A stretch of DNA of 63,101 nt, filler included, from Octopus bimaculoides (Eukaryota): the NCBI RefSeq assembly GCF_001194135.2. It is 5 parts of 5 records of this genome, joined end to end, with 100 filler letters (N's around TTAATTAATTAA, not from the genome) between each part and the next. Parts side by side here need not be neighbours in the genome. Positions count along the whole stretch, not along the records: positions 1 to 13,958 come from NC_068988.1; 4 more parts are not named here. One strand, written 5' to 3'. Positions 1-12,127 of this stretch are shown here, piece by piece. Made by a program: the position numbers and the translations under genes. Under the pieces are notes generated by a model that saw only the letters and a program-made list of their open reading frames with translations, had not been told where the DNA came from and did no database searches. Position 1 is the stretch's first letter. Each line of letters opens with the position of its first letter.

Positions 1-27
1 TATATATATACATATATATATATATAC

Positions 28-60
<33 letters not shown>

Positions 61-935
61 TGATCAATAAGTATCCGGACTGTTACTGTAGTGACGAAGC
101 TAAAGCATGCAGAGTAAAGCTGATTAGCACAGATTTACCTTGAACTCTGTTGTGCAATTGCACAAAGTTTTAACATTCTAGCTCACGTCTGTTTACAGCA
201 GTGCTTGGAAGGAACATGTGTAGCATGTAGTCATCAAATTGACCATGACAGAGAAAGTTGACCAGAGATTCTACATCAAATTTTGACAAAGTCTTGGTGA
301 TACCTGCTCGGTGACCTACGCAAAGTTTCCAAATATTTTTCATCGTTCTCAACACAATCACGGAGATCTCGTGCAATTGAAACCCAAGTGTCATTTTGGT
401 CAGCTAAAAGCAGTTTTGGCACAAACTTGGCAGATACATGTCTCTTACCCAAATCTGCAGTGATCATGGACTGAACTGAACAGTACTTAATCTGCACATT
501 CTCTAATAACTCATGGATGGTGATTTGACAATTTCCCCTCATAACTGCATGTGGATCTGCAATGTTTTTCTCAGTTCTGCTGGTGCAGGTCTCTCAGAAT
601 GTTCATCAATATCGACATTTTTTCAGCCATCTTAAAAATGCCTGAATCACTCTTACACTTGTGTGTGGCTTATACACTCCTCTCCATACATCTTCTGCAA
701 CTTTGCATACTCCTCTGAGCAGATATTGCCATGACAACTTTCTCTGTCATGGTCAATACAACAATAATACACTACACACCTTCCTTCCAAGCACTGCTGT
801 AAACAGAAGTGAGCTAGAATGTTTACTTAGTGGACATGCATAGCAGAATTCAAGGTCAATCTTTGCCAAGAAGTTTTACATCGTGTGCTTTAGCTTCATT
901 ACTATGGCAATAGTCCGGATACTTATTGATCAGAA

Positions 936-939
<4 letters not shown>
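61..939. mobile_element. Non-autonomous mariner derivative built from two 5' ends (long diverged inverted arms)
   Basis: TGATCAATAAGTATCCGGACT (61-81) is the reverse complement of 912-932. Inverted similarity continues about 250 bp inward: the ORFs at 170-394(-) and 661-843(+) translate to near-identical peptides. The right end runs into a TA repeat, and the outer left end is lost to a (CA)n tract. Confidence 0.85.
325..750 (-). pseudogene. Mariner transposase N-terminal (HTH) fragment with stops
   Basis: Minus-strand translation gives AKLQKMYGEECISHTQV...ITIHELLENVQIKYCSVQSMITADLGKRHVSAKFVPKLL, matching the mariner HTH and the linker motif corresponding to WVPHEL. There is no catalytic domain. 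Confidence 0.85.
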
Positions 940-972
<33 letters not shown>

Positions 973-1113
973 GCGCGCGCGCACACGCACACACACACGC
1001 GCACACACACACACACATACATATATATGTATATATGTATACATACATATATACATGTATATATATACACATATATATATTTGTATGGATACATACATAT
1101 ATGTATATATGTA

Positions 1114-1151
<38 letters not shown>

Positions 1152-1155
<4 letters not shown>

Positions 1156-1491
1156 GTAGTATATTGCCACTTAAGTGTGGCTGACCCCTAGGGGTGGATG
1201 TTACTGTTGCTTTTAGCCCCAGGAGGACATCTCCTCCAGCTGGCTTATCGACACACGACTGTGTCCTGTTTGCCAAGGGAGTTATCCCTCTCACCTCGAC
1301 GAAGGGAAATAACCCTGAAATCCGGATACGTTCGTGCTGCTGGTCGAGGTGAGAGGGATAACTCCCTTGGCAAACAGGACACAGTCGTGTGTCGATAAGC
1401 CAGCTGGAGGAGATGTCCTCCTGGGGCTAAAAGCAACAGTAACATCCACCCCTAGGGGTCAGCCACACTTAAGTGGCAATATACTACACTT
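1152..1491. mobile_element. 340-bp perfect palindromic element (149-bp arms, 42-bp spacer) flanked by TA
   Basis: 1152-1300 is the exact reverse complement of 1343-1491 by inspection. TA lies at 1150-1151 and 1492-1493. Confidence 0.9.
1298..1328 (+). ncRNA. 5'-truncated minimal hammerhead-ribozyme-like motif
   Basis: GACGA-AGGG[aaataa]CCCT-GAA-ATCCGGAT-A gives core G5-A9, a 4-bp stem II, GAA, a palindromic stem III and an AUA triplet. C3-U4 and the 5' strand of stem I are replaced by the inverted arm. Confidence 0.55.
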
Positions 1492-1536
1492 TATCGTGCA
1501 GTTACTGTTAATACTTCATTTAGAGAATTAACATTG

Positions 1537-1573
<37 letters not shown>

Positions 1574-2269
1574 GTGTATTGGCATTTATAGAAACTAGGT
1601 AGCATAGTCTTACATATATCTGCAAAAAAGAATGGGGGTGGGCATGGTTGGAACACACACAATCATATGCTTGCTTATGATTCTGGCTGATTGAAACTAA
1701 ACAACATTCTTTGAATGGCAAGGATTAGTCTCAATTTCATTGTGTGAAATAGTTGTTGTAGTTATTGCTACAGCTGATGCTGTTATTGTTGTGTAGCCCA
1801 AACCAATGATCAAAACATTCCAATCATAACCACTCGTTTTATTAATTTATTTCTTTTTGTTCCTTTTTAAGCCAAGAAATTATGGTTGAAGGAAATATAG
1901 TTGCAATTTCTTGCAGATTGAGCACTGCTACAAAAGTTTCTCCATGGCCTTGAGGGATGCTGGTCTGTCTTGGGTATCTATATCTGAGAACAGATGTGTT
2001 AGAGAGTAGAAGAAAATAATGAACAGTTATGGCATGGCTGTGTGGTAAGAAGTTTGCTTCCCAACTACATGGCTTTGAGTTCAGTCCCTCTGCATGGCAA
2101 GTGTCTTCTACTATAGCTCAAGACTGACCAAAGCCTTGTGAATGGATTTGGTAGACAGATAGTGAAAGAAGCCAAGTTGACCTTGGTGAAAATAGATCTC
2201 AGTACATAATGACAGACAAAATGCCACTAAGCATTTTCCCCGGTGTGCTAGCACCACCTTAAAACAATA

Positions 2270-2321
<52 letters not shown>

Positions 2322-2329
2322 ATTACAAA

Positions 2330-2850
2330 ATAAGACCAACACAAAAGGGAAAACAACTGGAAGGATAAGAAGGTGCACAGTCAGCTCTTGAGAAAGATAT
2401 CAAGGAACACAGATCCATATATGAGATATATGTGGTTACAAAAAAGTGACTTGAAACCTCAAACAGTGGCACAACACAGAAACAAGCATTGAGAATAAAC
2501 TACATCACACACAGAATTGATCATTCCACAGAATTTGACAAATGTAGAATGTGTTGTGAAACTGGAGAGACATCATCATCTTTTAACATTAATTTTCCAT
2601 GGTGGCATGGGTTAGTGTGGCATATTTTAAGTAAATGCAAGAAATTGGCCAAGACATTGTATATAAGGAGGCATGACAATGTCACCAAAATGGTTCACTG
2701 GAAAAATTGTAAGAAGTTCGGATTAGAAAAAACCCAAGAAAATTGTATGAACTGAAAATGACAGTGCAAAGATATTTTGGGAATTCATGGTCCAGTGTGG
2801 TCATGAAATCTAGCATCGAAAACTTAATATTGTGCTGGTAGCTAATCACA
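2330..2850 (+). mobile_element. RLE-type non-LTR retrotransposon fragment (R4/Dong-like), C-terminal zinc-knuckle region
   Basis: Translation gives WKDKKVHSQL...WLQKSDLKP..QALRINYITHRID..DKCRMC.ETGET / HILSKCKKLAKTLYIRRHDNVTKMVHW..C / ENDSAKIFWEF, a CCHC knuckle plus the RHD motif of RLE-bearing LINEs. It is interrupted by a roughly 50-bp SINE-tail piece at about 2571-2620. Confidence 0.8.
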
Positions 2851-3023
2851 TGGTTGGTCATAGAGTGACCAATGATTTTGCATCCATAAAGTGCTTAACC
2901 TTATAGATGGCTTGTCAGATTCTGCTTATCAGAGTCTGACAAGCCGACTAGAAGGCTAAGTACTTTATGGGTGTAAAACCATTGGTCACTCTATAACCAG
3001 CCATATAATTAGCTTCCTATAAG

Positions 3024-3362
3024 TATCATCATCATCGTTTAATGTCTGCTTTCGATGCTAGCATAGGTTGGACGATTTGACTGAGGACTGGCAAGCCAGA
3101 AGCCTGCACCAGGCTCCAATCTGATCTGGCAGAGTTTCTACAGCTGGATGCCCTTCCTAATGCCAACCACTCCGAGAGTGCAGTGGGTGCTTTTACATGC
3201 CACCGGCACGAGGGCCAGACACACAGTACTGGCAACGGCCACGCTCAAGAAGGTGTTTTTTTATGTGCCACCTGCACGGGAGCCAGTCCAGCGGCACTGG
3301 CAACGACCTCACTCAAATGATTTTCTAATGTGCCACCAGCACAAGTGCTAGAAGGCGACGCT
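3024..3362 (-). mobile_element. SINE family C ((ATG)n tail)
   Basis: Begins catcatcatcatcgtttaatgtctgctttc. The same sequence recurs at 15194, 18465, 19823, 10856 and, inverted, at 27290. Confidence 0.8.
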
Positions 3363-3445
3363 GGAGACGAATGCTCGAGATGTTGTTAATCCATTTATAT
3401 CATGAAGCCCTCTACATATATTTCGATGGATGCACTCCAAAATGT
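3363..3445 (-). repeat. One arm of a dispersed inverted pair (partner 4494-4575), PLE-terminus-like
   Basis: Its reverse complement (cattttggagtgcatccatcgaaatatatgtagaggg...) matches 4494-4575 (cattttggagtgcacccatcaaaacgtatgtagagg...) with scattered substitutions. Confidence 0.75.
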
Positions 3446-3760
3446 TCAGCAGGATAAATAATGGTCAACAGTGAATCAATCTCTTCAGGAGGTTTATGAT
3501 AACAAGCTCATCAAACAAACATGTTAACCGAAAAAGAAAGTCCTACAAAATCTAATGTATTTATATTTATATGGACACAGGCATTCACACTCAAACATGT
3601 GACATGTAAATATAAACATTGTATTAATACAAAAACACAAACGTATACAAACACATACATACACACTCATCAAAATACAAACACTTACACATATACACAT
3701 ATATACATACATATATACATATATATGTATATTAAGATATATCTATATAAAATATTATAT

Positions 3761-4150
3761 AGGCGTAGGAGTGGCTGTATGGTAAGTAGCTCGCTTACCA
3801 ACAACTTGGTTCCGGATTCAGTCCCACTGCGTGGCACCTTGGGCAAGTGTCTTCTACTATAGCCTCGGGCCGACCAAAGCCTCGTGAGTGGATTTGGTAA
3901 ACGGAAACTGAAAGAAGCCCGTCATATATATGTATATATATATATATGTGTATGTGTGTTTATATGTTTGTGTGTCTGTGTTTGTCCCCCAACATCACTT
4001 GACAACCGATGGTAGTGTTTTTACGTCCCTGTAACTTAGCAGTTCGGCAAAAGAGACCGATAGAATAAGTACTAGGCTTACAAAGAATAAGTCCTGAGGT
4101 TGATTTGCTTGACTAAATGCGGTACTCCAGCATGGCCACAGTCAAATGAC
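3761..4150 (+). mobile_element. SINE family B (tRNA-like head, internal (TA)/(TG) microsatellite)
   Basis: Head ggcgtaggagtggctgtatggtaag...gttccggattcagtcccactgcgtggcacc, then body and tail ...ccagcatggccacagtcaaatgac. More than 10 copies occur in the window. Confidence 0.85.
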
Positions 4151-4733
4151 NNNNNNNNNNNNNNNNNNNNNNNNNNNNNNNNNNNNNNNNNNNNNNNNNN
4201 NNNNNNNNNNNNNATATATATGCATATACACACATACATACATATTCTGAGATATGCATATATATCTATACACATATACTCGTACATATTCATATGGTAA
4301 CGACTTAGAATCAAACCTTTACTAAAATATATGCTAATGTTCACATACTAATACTCATAAACAAACTATCATTGATATATACAAGTGCATGCGTATCCCA
4401 AAACATCAATAGACCCCAACGCATAATTGTTTACACATACACACACTTACTTAAGCACATAAAGATTACGTTCATTCACAAAATATCTACATACATTTTG
4501 GAGTGCACCCATCAAAACGTATGTAGAGGACTTCATGATATAAATGGATTAACAGCATCTCAAGCATTCGTCCCCTTTTTATATTTTTATATTTTCTACT
4601 AAATAAGTCTTACTATCTCAGGATTATTTCCTGGGACATTTAAGCAACTTTCAGCTACATTGTAATTGTTCCCTTGGATTACTCCTATTAATTGTAAACT
4701 CTCTGTCTCTGTCTCTCTCTCTCTCTGTATATA

Positions 4734-6025
4734 TAAAGGTCATCCCATAGGTTCTGTCCAATTTTACCTTTTTTAAAATTGAATGAAATTTGATAGCATT
4801 TCGGAATGTCTGAGAGAATTAAAAATTATTTTTATGCATTTGTGTACATTTAAATTAATTAAATATTATCTTACAATATAATAGAATTCAAATTTCTTTG
4901 ATTAAAACCCTTTCTGACATGAAAGTATCCAAAGGGCATTTAAGACACATAATGCTTTATGAGTACAAAAAAGGAAACGTTGCAGCCGAAGCGACTCGAA
5001 ACATACACTCAGTTTATTGGAAAGAATGCTTGAATGAAAGAACTTGCAGAAGATTGTTTGTAAAATTCAGAAGTGGAGATTTCAGCTTCGAAGATGACAA
5101 TCAAACAGGACGTCCAATTGAGTTTGATGCTAAGCTCCTTGAGGCATTACTTGAAGAAAATCCTGCGTTATCGGTTGAAGAATTCGCAATAAAGCTTAGT
5201 TCAAACCATACAACTGTTCATCGTCATCTTCAACAACTTGGAAAGTTTCCTAAACTTGGAAAATGGCTGCCTCATGAATTTTCTGAAAGCAACTGCAAAT
5301 CCCGAGCTGACATCTGCTCTTCTCTGCATTCTCGCAAACTCATTTCACTCTTTTCAGATAGACTTGTGACTGGTGACGAAAAATGGATCTTCTATTGAAC
5401 TGTTAAACGTCGTAAACAGTGGCTTGGTAAAAGAGGAAAAGCTCAACCACAACCGACAAGTGAACTTCATGGAAAAAAAGGTTCTTCTCTATCTGGTGGG
5501 ATTGCAAATGAGTAATTCACTTTGAATTGTTACCACCTAATGCAACAATCAATGATCAAGTCTACTGTCAGCAATTAGAGCATTTGAACGAAGCTTTGAA
5601 GAAAAAAAGACCCGCTTTAGTGAATCGAAAAGGAGTGATGTTTCATCAGGACAATGCGTGACCCCACACTGCAAAGATCACATCACAGAAGATCGAAGAG
5701 CTTGGTTGGGAAAAAATTCCTCATCCACCTTATTCTCCCGACCACCATTCTTCAGACCACTATTTGTTTCATAGTTTACAGAATCATTTGTGGAACATAA
5801 CTTTCGCAAGCCAGGAGGAGGAGGTCGAAACTGACATTTCAGAGTTCTTCACTTTGAAACCAAAATAATTTTACGTTGATGGGATTTAAAAGCTTGTAAA
5901 TAGATGGAAGGAAGTCATAGATAATCAGGGGAAAGTACATTGATGATTAAATTTCAATTAAATATAACATTTGATCACTTGTTTTCTTTATTCAAAATTC
6001 GGACAGAACATATGGGATGACCTGA
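4734..6025 (+). mobile_element. Near full-length mariner (DD34D) DNA transposon, about 1.29 kb
   Basis: TIRs aggtcatcccataggttctgtcc (about 4737-4759) and ggacagaacatatgggatgacct (6001-6023), with TA dinucleotides at both flanks, enclose a transposase. Confidence 0.93.
4919..5950 (+). pseudogene. Mariner transposase, disrupted (TGA at 5396, frameshifts and further stops)
   Basis: MKVSKGHLRHIMLYEYKKG...GKWLPHEF...LVTGDEKWIFY*...FHQDNA*PH...HPPYSPD...DHYLF contains the WVPHEL-like motif, the D,D,D catalytic motifs and a YSPDL-like motif. It ends in GATGATTAA. Confidence 0.93.
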
Positions 6026-6160
6026 TATATATCATTTGTAGAAGACATGAACATAAATCCAGAGAAGAAGCACACCATAAGATGTAGAGTAGTGTATATT
6101 TTAATGCGTAATATATATATGTACATATAAATATATAATTTAGAGAAAAAAAACACAATT

Positions 6161-7134
6161 ATTGAATTCAACCATGAAAATCCACAGTCACATATAGAAA
6201 AAATTAATAAGTAAATATACTAAAAAGACTTATAATAAAAATATAAAGTAATAAATGTTAAAATAATAAAACGGCTACACGTGTTTCATAACCACATTTT
6301 CAAATTGAAAATAAAATAAAAATCAAATCGATTCAAAATAAATTGATCGAAAATCAATTCTATCCAAAAATATAGCTAATCTTCGGGTCAAAATACAATA
6401 ACAATAGTAACAATAATAATAAAATATATCAACTAACAATAAATAACAAATGAATTTATATAAAAATACTTATTTTACCAATAAATAAAAACAATTTAAC
6501 AATATTACTGAAAATAAATGCAATACTTATCTTATCGAAGCTTTAGTTTAAACTAAAATTTTAAACGTTATACTATTAACTTAGTGTTTATTAGAATTAA
6601 GTCACGTGAAAATATGGAGTAAAGAAAAGTAATAGAATAAAGAGATATATAAACATGAATGAAAGTTTTATTTATAAAATCGTGAATGAAAATTTTATTT
6701 ATAAAATCAAAATGTATTATAGCTTAAATCATAATAAAAAATTAACTGTATTATAAACATTTCCTGGAAATGTGGTCGTGTTATAGTGTCGTCCGTGTAC
6801 TTATTTGTTTTATATCTAATGACTTTATTTTAAAATCTAAGTAATTTTAGAGTCTAAAGAATTAAGACTAAAATGCATAAGTTATATAATATATATCAAT
6901 GAAGCTAAAATAATATTAATTAATATATTTACATTAAATAAATTATTAATTAAAATATTTATATTATTTATTTTATAAAAATCATAGTATCACTTAATCA
7001 TTAATTTATAATATTCACAAAAAATATTTTCGTACTAATTAATACACAATTAATAATTACAAATTATAACTACTACAATTAGTAAAGTAGGATTTATATA
7101 TGTACATATATATATATACATATATATACATACA

Positions 7135-7202
<68 letters not shown>

Positions 7203-8319
7203 NNNNNNNNNNNNNNNNNNNNNNNNNNNNNNNNNNNNNNNNNNNNNNNNNNNNNNNNNNNNNNNCTAATTAATACACAATTAATAATTACAAATTATAA
7301 CTACTACAATTAGTAAAGTAGGATTTATATATGTACATATATATATATACATACGTACATACATACACACACACATATACATATATGTATATATACACAG
7401 TTAGCTAAACTTATTATATAAACAATTTAATTTATGTCTACATTTAATTTTCCATTCATCAAGAGAGCTAATCAAAGTATTATTATTATTTAATAATATC
7501 TCCTTAAATTCATTAGTACACAACTTACAAAACTTACTACCTATACGATAAGATTTTGCCTTACAAACTATCTCCCAACTTAAAATGTACTTAATATTTT
7601 TAGATTTTAGTTCCCAAATATATTTACTAAGGCCAGTAGAATTAATCAAATTTGTATTCTTAAAGGAATGCATGTATTGAGTCACACGTAATTTAATTTT
7701 ATTCGAAGTCGGTCCTATATAAAACTTTTTTAAATTATAACCATTAAATTTATTCCCGAGTACGAAAATATTTTTAGTGAATATTATAAATTAATAATTA
7801 AATGATACTATGATTTTTATAAAATAAATAATATATTTTGATTAATTAATTTATTTAATGTAAATATATTAATTGATAGCATTTTACCTTCCTTGATATA
7901 TAATTTATGTATTTTAGTCTTAATTCTTTAGACTCTAAAATTACTTAGATTTTAAAATTTCCAGGAAATGTTTATAATTCAGTTAATTTTTTATTATGAT
8001 TTAAGCTATAATACATTTTGATTTTATAAATAAAATTTTCATTCCTGATTTTATAAATAAAACTTTCATTCATGTTTATATATCTCTTTATTCTATTACT
8101 TTTCTTTACGCCATAATTTCACGCGACTTAATTCTAATAAACACTAAGTTAATAGTATAACGTTTAAAATTTTGGTTTAAACTAAAGCTTCGATAAGATA
8201 AGTATTGCATTTATTTTCAGTAATATTGTTAAATGTTTTTTTTTTATTTATTGGTAAAATAAGTATTTTTATATAAATTCATTTGTTATTTATTGTTAGT
8301 TGATATATTTTATTATTAC

Positions 8320-8374
<55 letters not shown>

Positions 8375-8604
8375 GTATTTTGACCCGAAGATTAGCTATA
8401 TTTTGAATAGAATTGATTTTCGATTGATCTATTTTGAATCGATTTTTATTTTATTTTCTATTTGAAAATGTGATTATGAAACACGTGTAGTCGTTCTATT
8501 ATTTTAACATTTATTACTTTATATTTTTATTATAGGTTTTTTTAGTGTATTTACTTATTAAATTTTTCTATATGTGACTGTGGATTTTCATGGTTGAATT
8601 CAAT
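6161..8604. repeat. Large AT-rich inverted duplication (arms 6161-7036 and 7759-8604)
   Basis: attgaattcaaccatgaaaatccacagtcac... is the reverse complement of ...gtgactgtggattttcatggttgaattcaat. The arms are colinear over about 850 bp with scattered differences, and a 57-bp insert (6772-6828) occurs only in the left arm. Confidence 0.9.
7401..7730 (-). mobile_element. Penelope-like element GIY-YIG endonuclease C-terminal fragment
   Basis: In-frame KKFYIGPTSNKIKLRVTQYMHSFKN..STGLSKYIWELK...WEIVCKAKSY..CKLC..E..I...CRHK matches the YIG motif and the typical PLE endonuclease tail. Confidence 0.85.
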
Positions 8605-8657
8605 TGAAATTTTTCCCTGTAAATTTGTATTTTTATCCTTAATATTATTATCATAAT

Positions 8658-8712
<55 letters not shown>

Positions 8713-11213
8713 TATGAACTGTTCTGTAATTGAAAATTCAGCAAAAAAAGTACTCTATCTGGGAAAATAATAAGAAAATATGCTTCTCTTTTTATACTGC
8801 AGTAAATTAATTCTAAAGTACATTATTACAGTCAAATAATTTCAAAACACACACACACACACACTCATATATTTATGTATGTTTGTCATGGGTATCACTT
8901 TAAACTGCATCTGAGGCCTCTGAGATGAGTGTTCCATGATTTTGAGATGTGTGGAACCACCTCTTAGCAACATAAATATGAAACCATTGGTCACTCTACG
9001 ACTGGCCATATAATTAACTTCCTATAAAAGCATTACTGCTCTAATGTTTAGAGTGTGTTTGCTTTTCAGATATATGATCTGCTGATGATATACATACATA
9101 CGTACATACATACATACATACATGCATGCATACACACATACATATACATACATGCATACATACATACATGCATACATACACACATACATACATATTTAAA
9201 CTTAATTAGAGGTTGTGTTAACCTCATGAAGAGACGGTTTCATTCAAGGAAATACTGGTTGAATAGCTAGCAATTTGCGAGAATGAATTTCATTAAAATA
9301 ATAGGTATATATATAAAAACATAGTTTATATTCATTTAAAAGAAGAAGAAAATTGTATATTGTTAACAGCAAATTGGTCATCTTTACTTACAGCTGTTTC
9401 TTGTAAATTTAATGTTTATTGAGTATTAATAGNNNNNNNNNNNNNNNNNNNNNNNNNNNNNNNNNNNNNNNNNNNNNNNNNNNNNNNNNNNNNNNNNNNN
9501 NNNNNNNNNNNNNNNNNNNNNNNNNNNNNNNNNNNNNNNNNNNNNNNNNNNNNNNNNNNNNNNNNNNNNNNNNNNNNNNNNNNNNNNNNNNNNNNNNNNN
9601 NNNNNNNNNNNNNNNNNNNNNNNNNNNNNNNNNNNNNNNNNNNNNNNNNNNNNNNNNNNNNNNNNNNNNNNNNNNNNNNNNNNNNNNNNNNNNNNNNNNN
9701 NNNNNNNNNNNNNNNNNNNNNNNNNNNNNNNNNNNNNNNNNNNNNNNNNNNNNNNNNNNNNNNNNNNNNNNNNNNNNNNNNNNNNNNNNNNNNNNNNNNN
9801 NNNNNNNNNNNNNNNNNNNNNNNNNNNNNNNNNNNNNNNNNNNNNNNNNNNNNNNNNNNNNNNNNNNNNNNNNNNNNNNNNNNNNNNNNNNNNNNNNNNN
9901 NNNNNNNNNNNNNNNNNNNNNNNNNNNNNNNNNNNNNNNNNNNNNNNNNNNNNNNNNNNNNNNNNNNNNNNNNNNNNNNNNNNNNNNNNNNNNNNNNNNN
10001 NNNNNNNNNNNNNNNNNNNNNNNNNNNNNNNNNNNNNNNNNNNNNNNNNNNNNNNNNNNNNNNNNNNNNNNNNNNNNNNNNGAGAGAGAGAGATAGACAG
10101 ACAGATAGATATATACACATATATTCACACACACATATATTTTATACACATACACACAAAGTTTGCTTTCCAACTACTTGGTTTCAGGTTCAGTTCCACC
10201 ATGAGCAAGTGTCTTTTACTGTAGACGCAGGTCAACCAAAGCCTTGTAAGTAGATTTAGTGTATAGAAACTGGAAGATGTATTGTGCGTATGTGTGTGCG
10301 CGTGTGTGTGTGCGCGTGTGTGTGTGCGTGTGTGTGCGCGCGCGCGTGTGTTGTATCTGTAATTTTTAAAAACTGACTTTTGTTATCACATTGACAATCT
10401 CTGAGTATAACATTAAGGCTACAAGTGTGTGTGTGTGGAATATGCAGCCACTTATAAAATAATGCAATGACTCAACAATTCCATTGGAATACTGATTATC
10501 ATTGAATTTGATATGAGGTCTCTTTTATTGCCAGTACCACCTGACTGGCCTTCGTGCCGGTGGCACGTAAAAACACCCACTACACTCTCGGAGTGGTTGG
10601 CATTAGGAAGGGCATCCCTGATCATGATATGCGTGTCAAATAGATTGATATTGATATGGCAGAAGGATATTATCGTACCAGGTTACGGGAGGCAGATGGA
10701 TACACATGTACACACACACACACACATACACATGCATGTACAACTGAGTTTTATGCTTATGTAATGGATGTTTTGCCTATCTTATGAAACTCAAGTACAT
10801 TGATATTAGAGAAAGCACACACAACAAGATTTTTCTCTTCCTTTATGTCATCATTGTCATTGTTTAACATCCTGTTTTCCATGCTGGCATGGGTTGGCTG
10901 GTTTAGCAGTAACTGATGAGCGAAGAGACTGCACTGACCTCCAATGTCTGCTTGGCATAGTTTCTACAACTAGATGAATCTCTTTACAGTGTGTACTGAG
11001 TGTTTGTTTTTGTTTTGTTTTTTGTGGCAACAGCACTACTGAGGTTACCAGTTTCTTGCAAGACAAAACCCCTTAACTGAGTAGGGTATAGTTTAGAAGG
11101 ACATGAAAGTATAATTGAGGGAACAGAGCAGGTTTCTTACTGAAGAGGTGAATAGATAGCTTCACCAACTGGGGAAAGAATGTGAAATGGGGCAGGCATA
11201 ACCTGAAGGTAGA

Positions 11214-11300
11214 AGGGAGAGAGAGAAGAGGGAGAGAGAGAAGAGGGAGAGAGAGAAGAGGGAGAGAGAGAAGAGGGAGAGAGAGAAGAGGGAGAGAGAG
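11214..11300 (+). repeat. 15-bp purine minisatellite (aagagggagagagag) x about 5
   Basis: Direct tandem units are visible. Confidence 0.9.
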
Positions 11301-12072
11301 AAACAGGAAAGATGTGTGGATAGATAAGTGCGTCACAGTGAAAATTGCGTCAGATAATTCAAGATTGGGATTAAGGTGGATACGGTGAATGTCAGTTTGG
11401 GGGAGGAGAAGTGATGGACACATATCTATATCTACTTCTCTCTCAGTCTCTCTTTATTATATATATATATATATACATTCTTTTATTCTTTTACTTCTCT
11501 GTCATTAGACTGCAGCCATGCTGGGGAACAATCTTGAAGAATTTTTAGTTGAACAAGTTGATCCTAATACTTATTTTCTTTTTGTTAAGCCTGATACTTA
11601 TTTTGCTGGTTTCTTTTACCAAACTGCTAAGCTACAGGGGTGTAAACACACCAACACCACTAAAAACCATTAGATTCACTTCAACATTTAAATTTAATTT
11701 GCCAAAATATTTTCGTCGCTTTAAGACCGCGACTTGTTCACTGACAAAATTCCTTGCTGCATCTGAGAAAGTAACAGTTAGTTCATAATATATATGTACG
11801 TATGTATGTATGTATGTATGTATGTATGTATGCACGTACCTATGTATGTATGTGTACATGTAAGTATGTGTGTATGCATATGTGTACATGTGTGCATGCC
11901 TATATCCATGTATGTACGTATGTACCTATGTATGTATGTGAGTATTTAGGTATGTGTGTAGACGTGTCTCTGTGTGTGTATATGTGTATGTACATGTGAA
12001 TGTATGTTTATGTACTGATATGTGTGTCTGTTCAAGTTGTGTACATGACTGTTACTCTGTCGGAGATTGTAT

Positions 12073-12127
<55 letters not shown>

